Source: Vicugna vicugna
Lineage: Eukaryota
Direction of reading: 5' to 3'
Length of the DNA stretch: 64,000 nucleotides
Assembly: GCA_013265495.1 (NCBI GenBank)
Contig: MU058059.1
Span: 3,201,502 to 3,265,501 of the forward strand
This document shows, piece after piece, positions 53,720-64,000 of the stretch. The number at the start of each line of letters is the position of its first letter. Positions within the stretch are counted from its first letter, which is position 1. Below the pieces are notes generated by a model. That model searched no databases and was not told where the DNA came from. It saw only the letters and a list, made by a program, of their open reading frames with translations. The translations under genes were made by a program, and so were the position numbers.

Positions 53720-54850
53720 TTCGATTATTCAGCTGTCATAGCAGTACATTCTCACCGTAAAGAGGTCAGACAGTGGAAGTGTGCAGGGGACAATACCGAA
53801 GTTTCCTTTAGTCTCACATACTACATACCCTACCCGCCCACCCCCCAGTTTCTTTCTTTTCCACAGAACTGTTAACAGTTTGGAGGTTATCCTTTCCGTG
53901 CACTTCGATTATCACATATATTTTAAATGAATATTTACTTATATATAGACTTAAAAAAAAACCACATCACTCCTTCTGTGTCTGTCAGCCCGTAGTCTGC
54001 AGTCCGCCTTTCGTGCCTGGCGTCCTGCAGACATTTCCGTCGGTGCACAGGGGCGGTTCTGCTTCACTTACCACGGCAGCTGTAGGGTGCTGGGCAGCAC
54101 GGACCGCACGGGCATGCTCCGGGGGCGCTCCTGTGCAGATGCGTCTGTGCGCAGTTGCAGAAGGCTTTCAGGGCTTCAGCAGAACAGAAACTGTTACATG
54201 AAAAGCTGTGTGTATTTAAAAAATTTTGAAATAGAGGCAGAAGGCCCTCCAGGAAAACTTTCATCAATTTACAGTCTCTGCAAGAGTAAAAAGAGCCTTT
54301 CCCTCACACCTTCCCTAAAACTGAGTATTATCAGTTTAATGATTAAAAGTCTGACAGAAGAAGAAAAGAACTTAGTTAATTTGGATCTTCTTAATCAGTA
54401 GTGACAGTGGATATTTCTTTTTTATACAGAGTGTAAATTTCTATGTGACCTGTGAATTGCTATACCTGGTCCCATGCCTGTTTTTGTTACGGTTTGGTAG
54501 TATTATCAGTATGTAAGAGGGTAGATTGTAATTCTCTGTCAGATATGTAACGATTTTCACTGTGGCAGTGTTTGAATTTGCATTACAGCATTGTTTATTA
54601 TACGAAAGCTTTAGTTTTTAATGTAATCATATCAGTTAATCTTTTCATTTGTGGGTTCTTTGGTCTTCTATTCAAGAAAGCCTTTTTTTTGGCCTTTATA
54701 TCATAAAACGATTCCTTGTTTTCTCTCATTTCCAGATTTTTTGTTTTATTTTCACATATAGCCCTATTAGAATACACCTGGAATTTATTTGTCTTATTTG
54801 GTGTGAATGGGAAAAGGGAGACATACAGGATCTTTTTCAAAATTGAGACT
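53720..54850 (-). mobile_element. Old L1ME-like 3'UTR/ORF2-end relic with a GC-rich internal patch
   Basis: actgttaacagtttgg, ttccctcacaccttcc...agtattatcagt, tcagttaatcttttc antisense L1ME motifs. Confidence 0.6.
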
Positions 54851-55039
54851 TAAAATGCACAGCATTATTTATTCTAGAGGAAAACTTTATGTTATCTACC
54901 AGAAACTCCCCAAAAAATTACTTTCCCGTTTTTATCTAACAATTTCACTTTTAGGTACTTACCTTAAATATTTAATCATGGATATGCATGATGATTTAGT
55001 TGATGATTTAGTTGTAAGGATATTTGTTGCAGCATTGTT

Positions 55040-55250
55040 TCTTTCTTTCTTTTTTTTTTAATTGAAGTGCGGTTGATTATAATGTGTCAGTTTCTGGTGT
55101 ACAGTACAATGTCCCAGTCATTCACTTACATACATATAATCGTTTTCATTTTTTTCATTATAGATTCTTACAAGATACTGAACATACTTCCCTATATTAA
55201 ACAGCAGAAACTTTTTAAAATCTACTTTTATATATTGTGACTAACATTTA
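55040..55250 (-). mobile_element. Lineage-specific L1 3'UTR fragment (same family as 11063)
   Basis: T-tail plus aattgaagtgcggttgattataatgtgtcagtttctggtgtacagtacaatgtcccagtc. Confidence 0.85.
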
Positions 55251-55804
55251 ATATTTAAAAATTGGAAATAACCTAAATGCCTAATAATAGGATCTTGTTT
55301 AAATAAATTATATTATCCCCAATCAGTGAAATCCTGTTTTGAAGAAATGTAATGACATGCGGAATTACTTTAATTGTAATAAGTAGAAGCAGCAAATTAA
55401 TTTATAAAAGTAATTGAAATGATAAATTTATTTCAGTTAAAATAAGTATTAAGTTCGGAAGAGGTTTTGACTTAACAGATGAAAGCCTTCAGCTTATTTT
55501 GCCTCCTTTTCCAATTCCTTTTCCATAGTTCAGATGAGATTATTACGAATGATATGAAGTTTGTATTTATTGGATAACCTTCAATGTTTAATACTTTTGT
55601 CAAGTAATTTAGCCCAGTGGAAATAATACTGCGAGTTACCTTCTGTAAAATTGATGGTGTTCGCAGTTCTTATTTCCGGGAGCTTGCTTGTTACTCCTTT
55701 TTCCTTCTGTATCGTGTGCATTTAGAATCAATATGTCACACGTGGTTATGTATATAAAAAGCGTATGTATTAAGTTAGTAGAAGTGAACCATATGTTTAA
55801 TTAA

Positions 55805-56005
<201 letters not shown>

Positions 56006-59000
56006 TAAATTTAACCTGGAGTAATTTAATTCACTGCCTTGTCATCTGATCTTGTATCATATTTCACTCGTTGCCTGATCAGCTCATCTGTATTTTATTT
56101 TCTCTATTTTTGCCTTTTAACTGCTAATTCCTGGCATAGATTTAGCATTATCTTCTTACAAAATCTGTTTAATTTGATAATTGAACCAACTTGTCGAATT
56201 TTTTTATTTCAAAGACCATTCTGCTGTCAGGTAATTACTTGTAGCGGATAAACCGGATTTCACTTTTAATAAAAATTGTACATTGTCATGCTGCCTTTTC
56301 TTTTTAAGACTTACTAATATTTAATGATCCCTTTATACATAACATCTGTTTCTGAATTTTAGCTGACATGTATTTAATGTGTTCAGATTTATGTGCAGAA
56401 TAATAAAATGATTTAATCAAGCATGATTGTATATGCTTCTGAATTAATAGCATCTTTAAACATCATGTTTAACTTGTTTTGATGTGATATTTAAAACCTA
56501 GCATGGTTTATAATTCTATTTGCATATTTCAGTCCCTGGCATGTTGATATCAAAGTCGAACCAGTCTTTGTTAGTGTAATGTTTGTGTAACGATGCTTGT
56601 GTCTTAAGTGTGTTTTTAATGCTTAAGTCCATTGCTGTCACTCGCTTGTGGCCAGAGCAGATCAACTGGGGGCACTGTTAGCAGTGGTTCTAAAGCAGGA
56701 TTTTGTTTATCAAATAAGTAGTTTTTCTCTTTTACTTAATGTTTACTTTTATCAAGGAATGCTTACACAGAGCCTTAAAAAGTTGAAAAGCACTGTTCAG
56801 CTTATCAAGATAACTGCAGGCTCCCTCCCAGCCTCACTTCCTAGTACCTTTCACCGAAAGCAGCCATTGTAGGTACTTCTTCTACTATTTACCTATGTAT
56901 TTCTAACAAGATGCAAAGCCATTTTGCTTTTTTAATTCTTAATCACTAGTTATTGATCTCCTGCAAAGGATTTTAATAAATACTGCTGCTCAAAGACTCA
57001 TGGAGTATACTATAATTGTATTTAGTTTTCTGTGCATCCATTTCATACTTCTTTACTCCCTCTGACATAACTCTAAAATGCCTGAGTAAGGTCAAACACT
57101 GGTCAGTTTATTATTTTTGACAGTACCCTCATGCACAGGATAGCTAGCTTGTGTCCTGCTCGAACTGGGGCTGGCTGCTCTCTAGCTCTGTAGCACAGGT
57201 GCTGTCCAGGGAGCTCTGCCGTTAACCCATGTGGTGTTCTCACAGTCTCTCCATGGAGATTCCCAGTCTCCAGGTGCCCATCTGAACTCTCTGAGAATAT
57301 TAATGAAATGGTTTGTTCTACTTCCTGCTTGGTCATGGATTTTCCTAAGATCCTTCTAATTGCTCTGTTTTGATATATTTTTCAAGTTAGAGATCTTCTG
57401 CTAACCTCTGTCATTCATGATTGAATGAAGCTCTAAAAAGCCTGGTTGACAAGTTGTGTGATGTCTGGAGCTGATTGACTGGTGGGCTTCTCTGTACTGT
57501 GTCTGGAAGACAGGGTGGCTCTTTTGTCAGAAGCCTCGTAAGTGTCAGTAGTTGTAGATCCTTCCCTTGGATGGACAGTTTCTCCAAAAGTAAACACTCT
57601 GCTTTCCTGTCTGGGTGGCATAGGAGTGTTTTCCAGCATCCTAGAAGCCTAGAAGAGTTTCTGTGTGACAGTGGTGAGGGGAGACTGTGAACTTATTCTG
57701 TCCCGCAGAAACTTCTGCTTCGTCCTCCTGATCTGGGTAAAGTACCATAGAACTGTTCTCCACTGTGTTGCTGTCTAAACCTAGAAACTTACTCTTACAA
57801 TGAAAATAAACCTCTGTTCTTCAGGGATAGAGAGGGTGCATTCAGCTGGCTTTGAAGGCATAAGCAGAGAATCATACTCATTATAACTGTTACATCCCTG
57901 CACCTCTCAAGGCTCCTGGGAGTTTGAACAGTTACACACCTGCTGTGTGCCATGGCTCTCAGGACTCCATCTCATGGCCAGCCATCATGTCGTCTAGCTC
58001 AGAAATCCTGTTTTAAAATTTTTAGAGTTTGTTTCTAGGACCACCGTCAGTAGCATCTGCCATAGGTTGGGTACCTTGGGACTCCAAAACAGAAATTTGC
58101 AGGTAATTGCAGAGACTGGTGGAGGGGGCACGTGATCTGAGGAGCAACACCCGTAGGTTTGTGACAGCAGCAGGAGAGGACAGGGAGAAGCTGAGCTGCC
58201 GTGCCGCTGCAGCAGTGGCCTCGGCCCATCCCGCACGGGGTTCCTGCTGCTGGGGTGCCCTTCCACCATAGTCTGACTTGAGGTCGGGGGCTAGGTCTTT
58301 GGGGCTCCATACGGACCAGTTATGGGATGCAAGCTGCTGACATTAACCGTTAACTGATGCTGTTTTGTTTGGCTGTGGCTGTACCTGGTGAGGACCTTAG
58401 CTACACATTATCAGCCAGCAGCACTCCCAGCTCTTGGGAGAATAAGTTGGTCCAGAAGAGGAGAATCTGAGCGATTCACAGTATGCACTGTACACTTCCC
58501 CTGGAAGCACCTGCGCTGGGCCGTCGCCTGGCCCTGTGTGTCCTTTTGCAGGTGCCTCTCAGCTCCAGTCCACCCTGCAGGCTCGGCCCAGGAAACACAC
58601 CGTTTCCCACCACCAGTGAACACGCACATGTGCTTCCATGACCATCCTCCTTCCTTGCTGTGGTGTCAGTACCAAACCCAGTTAACTTTTCACTCTCAGG
58701 TTTCTCCAGGCAAGAGTCAAACACCGGCCTTCGTGAGCCCCCAAATCCAGACACTCAGGTGACACTTTATTTTCATGGTGACCTCAAGCCCAAGTGTCCT
58801 TTATTTGGCATAAGGTCAGGAAATCCCCTTTAAAAGTTTCCTCGTACCTTATTTTCCTGTTGAGCAGACCAGCGATGGCGGCAGGAGGAGAGAAGAGTGG
58901 ATTTGGACACCTTTCAGCACGGCTGGCAGCGCATGCAGCCTTTTTAAACCGAACAGAGTCTTCACTCACTCCCATCACATTTATCATCTCGTTACGCTCT

Positions 59001-60059
59001 GAGTTCATGAGGTCAGCCGCTTCCGCAGCTTAAAACTTTGGCTGTGAATGGTGTTTTCTTTGAGAAATATTTGCACAGTCTGCGTGGAAGTGAACACAGC
59101 TCTTTACATCTTCATCGCAAGTGAAGATGTACCTGCTTATTGATCTAAATACCTTTTGGAATTACTAAAATTTTTCGTAGTAAGAAAGACCTAGTGGTGG
59201 AGCATCACATGAATTATTTTATTTACTGAGGTTCTTGTTCTCTTGCATTTTCAGGTAGTTGCATTTGTCTTACCTTCTTTCAGTCAATAAGCTTCAGTGA
59301 GTATCCCCCAAAGTTAAGTGACTTAACATGAGAAGTCAGCAGGTGACAGTAATGGAAATTAGTTTCCACAGTAAGAAGAATCCTCAGTATTCACGTGATA
59401 ATGCAATGACGGGGTATGAAGCTAAATGCTATGAGTTAATTGCCCTTTGTGATAATTTATTTTGTGTTTGTGTGTTGTGAACTATATTAATTTCTCACAG
59501 CAATATTTGTGCTTTCACTATGGGGTGAGAAGTGTGGTAAATGCCTTATATGTATTAATTATTTTAATCATCACAGTAACTGAACAGCCTTCTTGTAACT
59601 CTTGTTGAAACCATATGAGCCATTACATTACAGTACCTCAGCCTCTCCCAGAGCACGGAGAAGCAGGGACACAGGAGGACCACTGGTCTGGGATACTCCC
59701 AAGTTCATCAGACAGCCATGAGTCCAAAGTAAGGATAAATAGCAGAGTGTTTTTTATGACAAAGTGAGGCAGTGATTCATTAATCTGAAAGAGCTGTTAT
59801 TCACTCTCTGGTGCATAGCTTAGGACATGCTTTGTAATGTCCTGCATGGGATTTTGATAGCATCTCATACCTTTTTGCTGGAAAAACCCCCTTTTTCCCT
59901 CTCATTAGCAGCAAACATTCTCTGCCTTATTTTCTTTCTTCCTTTTTTTTTTTTGCATTTTATTTTATTTTTTACTGAAGTACAGTTGATCTTATTTTTT
60001 TTTTGACACAATAAAAATTTCAGTGTCACACTGACAGTCTTTCAAAGGGCATTTTACTT

Positions 60060-60300
60060 TAGTTGAGAAAAAAATGGGATTTGGAGTGAAAATAGATATT
60101 AATTCAATTCTGGACCAGCGAGACTGCCACCTGTGTGATCTCAAACAGGTTACTTTTTTTCTTCTGAACCTACAATTTTTTATCTTTAAATTACATAATG
60201 AATAAATAGTACCTATCTAAAGGGGATATTTTGAAGGAGGAAAAAAAGACACTGTGCATGTAAACATACCTTGAAATTTAAAATGTTACAGAAATGTTGG
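60060..60300 (+). mobile_element. MIR SINE
   Basis: gatttggagt...ctgtgtgatctcaaacaggttact...tctgaacct...aatagtacctatct. Confidence 0.6.
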
Positions 60301-62067
60301 AGGTAAAAGACTGAAAGGCTACTTTTGTATTGCTGTTTTTCATATATACTCAAATATTTTAGAAACTAAAATTTGAAAATTAAAAATGCCATTTTTCTCG
60401 TTAACATTTTTTCTATAAGGTATTTTTCATAATTCTCAAGGAAGTTCTAGTTATGAAGGAAAATGTAGCCCATGATGTTACTTTTCCTAAACTGGTCCTT
60501 GCCGACCGTCAGACCAGTCTTTTCTGCTCCCTTGACAGCTCACACATACCTGGGTGACAGCACTTAACTACGTTATTTTCTTACTGATGTACTTGTGTGT
60601 TTCTTGCACTGTATTTTGAGCACCATGCATGCAAGCTTTTTGTACTGTTTTTGTGTTTGTGACGCTGGAACCACTTGTCATATAAGAAGCACATAAAAAT
60701 TCTGTATGGATGTGTGCGTAGGTACATGGATGAATGGGTGAATACATACCTGACTAAGGCAGGCAGAATGCCAAAACTTAACCCACAAGGCTTGACGTTT
60801 TCCCTTTCCACTGAATTTATCATAAACCGGTTTATATTCTGGCTGTGATACTTTAAATGCTGTACTTATTTCCCTTTTTTTAAAAGTATTACTGAGTTTG
60901 TCAGAGGTGAATAGTTTTCCTTTAAATGTTGTATGAAAAAATTTCCTGATTTCTAAGTGTGATGTTAAAGAATTATGCCTTATGAGTAAGACATGGTTCT
61001 GTGAACACAAGTTTCTAAATGTGCACACAGCTGCAGAATATTTCCAGAAGCTGACCTTTGAGCTCATGTACTTACAGGGACTCAAACACTATTTCCAGTC
61101 TCTTTCCAGAGGGAGACTGGCATGCTATTTTCAAGGGAACTTTGCTTTTCCTCCTACCAGCATGCCCAGGATAGTAGGAGTCACAATTCAGAGCTGTTGA
61201 GGGCTGTTTTCTCCTTGTTCTTTTACTTGTCCCCAGGGAGGAGGAAAGAGATGAGAGCCACCAAAAACTCTCATTTGTATATGTCTGTACCACAGGTTAT
61301 GAGTCTCTACCAAAGGCTTGGATTTCTCTCACTCAGTTATACTCAGGACAGCTTCAGTCATCCATAAGACGTTTCTAAGGTGGGAGAAGCAGTAGCCTGT
61401 TAAAAATTTTTTTAGAATAAGAGAAAATTAACATAGCTTACTAAGAACCTAATCTCTGGTCTGCCTTTAACAAGTGTATAGTAACTTCTAATACACATTT
61501 TTATAATAGCCTTATTCCTAGTCTGTTTTAGATACTACCTGTCTTCATTCTTGTCTCATCATTTTTACTTGCTTCTCATTTGCTGCCTGCTATATTTTAA
61601 GTAGCTTTAAGTTACTTTACATTCTTTCCAGAATAAATGATTTTTTTTGCACATGAGGATGGTCTGCGAAGCATTGATTATTTCTGTTAGGATTTTTGTA
61701 GCATGCTTGAAAGAACCAGCTGTCTCTGACTCGTCACAGGCGTATAATAAATACTGGTTGATTATTTGCTGCTGGGTATAGAATGCTTTCATCACTACCA
61801 AGATCCTTTGTTCTGTGTTCTCATTGTAGGACTCTAGCCTAAGGAAATAAGCCTACAAATGAAAAAATTTTCAACTTCTAAAGATGTTCACTACAGCATT
61901 ATTTATAATAACTTAAAGTGTTTTCAGTAACCTTATCAAACCCCTAAAATGATAGTAAGGGGAGATTTTAAAGGACATAGACCCACAAGGACAAAGAACA
62001 GGGGAAATAAGAAAACCAGTATTTGGGAAGATAGAAACTTGAGGAAAGAGTGGCTACTGGCATGGAA

Positions 62068-62286
62068 TAGGGTTTGGCAAACTTTCTGTCAGGGGCCGGA
62101 CAGTAAGTACTTTGGGCTTTACAGGCCACGTGCCACTTCCATCACCTCTCTTCCATCTTCTCCTCTCTCCTTCCTCTCTCTTCAGTGCTTCTCCTTTATC
62201 CATTTTTTAAAAAGTATATTATAAGCATATAAAAACTACTCTTAGCAGGCCAGATTTGGGCTACATACCAAATTTGCCATCTCCTA
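62068..62286 (+). mobile_element. MER58-like hAT-Charlie MITE
   Basis: agggtttggcaaactttctgtcaggggccggacagtaa ... aggccagatttgg...aatttgccatctcct (imperfect TIRs). Confidence 0.8.
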
Positions 62287-62399
62287 ATTTAGAAAATGCA
62301 AGAATATTGAAACCAAAGCCATCTCAACACAGAAACCCAGAAAAACTAGAGCCCAGCAGCTGGTGCCCAGGTACATCTGGAAGTGCCTGTTCAGTAAGA

Positions 62400-64000
62400 C
62401 TGAAAACAAGACAATTAGATCAAACTGTTTTTGACCTTCCTGTTCCCTTCCTAACCCTTCATAGCTAGATGTTACACCTCTCCCATCCTGGCAGATGATT
62501 GAAGATTTATTTCCTGACAAGTATAAACCATAGGTTGTGGACTGACTTAACCACAAGGGTAGTTGGGAATAAGGATTAAGTTGTAAGTTAATTAAGTAGA
62601 ACATACTGAATGTTAAGACCTCCGTCTCCTTTCAGCAGCCAGAATGCTGACTGTAAGGCTTATGATTCTAGGCGTGAGTTGAAAGGTTCCCCCCCAGGAA
62701 ACTGAATTAGCCAAGAGGGGTTCTGATGGAGTGGCCCAGCCATGCCACACTAGCACAAAGTCCATCTGTCAGCAAGTCCTACCAATACCTAAAAAACTTG
62801 CAGTGAGTCTTTTAGTGCCTTATTCTTAAACGTGGACAGCCAATGATAATCTGACCCTTGAGAAAAGTCTCCAGTATGTAAGGCAGATATCAAAACAAGC
62901 AAACAGAAAAGTAGGAATCTGGAGGACACAGTAGTGCCAAGAGAAACTTAAAAAGCCCAACTCACTACCTTCCCCAAAGAGATAGGAGACTTTGCTGTAG
63001 CCATGAAACAAGAACTGGAGGCACTAAGCAAGGAAGAGTTAACGAATTTAAAACCAAAAACAAAAGAGGCTCTTGAATATTAATAGTACGGTAGCAGAAA
63101 TGAAAAAATGGAGTATTAAGGGGTAAAGAGAAAATCAAGGAAATCTCCCAGAAATTAGGAGACAAGAAGACATTGATGGAGGAGGAGAAATGAGAAAGAA
63201 GGAAGATTAATTTGGAAGATTCAGTGTCTTAACAAGGGTTCTTAGAAGATGTAACAGTGAGAACATAGGATATACCAAACAAATAAAACCAGAAATTTCC
63301 CCAGAACCAAAGAACACAGGTCTTCAGATTGAAAGGGCAGTGGACTGCTCAGTACAATGAATGTTAAAAGATCAAGACCAAAATTCATTATCCTGGAGTT
63401 TCGGAACAATAGGAGCAAAGAATGTCCTCAAACTTACAGAGAGAAAAGGCAAGTCAGATGTAAAGGCAGAAAGTGAGAATGGCATCAGAATTATCAGAAA
63501 CAACACTAGAAACTAGAAGGTAATGGTGAGGCCTTCAAAATTGTGGGGGAAATTATTATATATCCAGTGTAAGGAGTAAGTGAGAATAGGATAAAGGTAT
63601 TTTCTGACATGTAAAACTCTTAAGAATATTTACTCTTTCTTAAGAATCTCCTGGGGTTGGTATTTCAAGAAAATGAAGGGAGTAAACCAAGAAAAAAAAT
63701 AGTGGCTGAAGAATTCGACACAGAACTGAGGAAAGGGTATTTCTGGGACTATAGGATGAAGAGAGATGCCAGGAAGACAACGGGAAACAGATCCAGAGAT
63801 CAGCCAGTCCTTTCGGGGCAAGTTAGGAGGCCTGGAGAAGGGCATCTAACCAGAAAAATGGTTGTGTATTGAATGGACGAGATCTGTGCTTGTAACAGCG
63901 TGGGGGATAAATTGAAGATGAGTGTCTAGAAAACTGAGCAAATGAAAAACCAAGATAATTAACTCTGGTGGGTAAAATAAAGTTGTGTAGGAATGGAAAT
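62400..64000 (+). mobile_element. HAL1/L1M ORF1-like relic, running off the window end
   Basis: gaaatctcccagaaa, aaatttccccagaac...tcttcagattgaaagggc, gaatggcatcaga...caacactagaaactagaag...ccttcaaaatt; multiple stops. Confidence 0.7.

Noticed and set aside
57994..59033. Cluster of overlapping 72-124 aa ORFs
   Set aside because: Explained by locally high GC; no recognisable domain and no splice context fitting the ANKRD12 frame.
60678..61367. Longest ORF (135 aa, minus) and neighbours, checked as a possible next exon or pseudogene
   Set aside because: No ankyrin continuation or any recognisable protein; composition looks like intron.

Overview
Mammalian genomic DNA containing the 5' part of ANKRD12 (ankyrin repeat domain 12, ANCO-2) on the + strand. 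The species is probably a camelid, inferred from tRNA-Ala-derived SINEs and young L1 3' ends, with no Alu, B1/B2, Bov-A or PRE-1 seen. The window opens in the 3' edge of the promoter CpG island (1-480) and runs through a long first intron. Six coding exons follow (27620-27706, 38082-38229, 45614-45682, 49664-49810, 53164-53364, 55824-55966). All are GT-AG and splice in frame to 795 nt / 265 aa, from MPKSGFTKP to the third ankyrin repeat ([14 protein letters not shown]). The next exon is not in the window. The rest is intron packed with mobile-element relics: nested L1s, L2, MIR, HAL1-like, ERVL solo LTRs, hAT-Charlie and Tigger MITEs, SINEs and microsatellites. None of the supplied ORFs is the real gene. 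I found no convincing novel protein-coding system. The best leads are RNA-level: a uORF just upstream of the start, a cassette exon with a distant branchpoint/QKI-like site, inverted repeat pairs that could drive circRNA formation, an unexplained diverged direct repeat, and a CpG-rich patch inside an old L1. Repeat subfamily names and boundaries were recognised by eye and are approximate.
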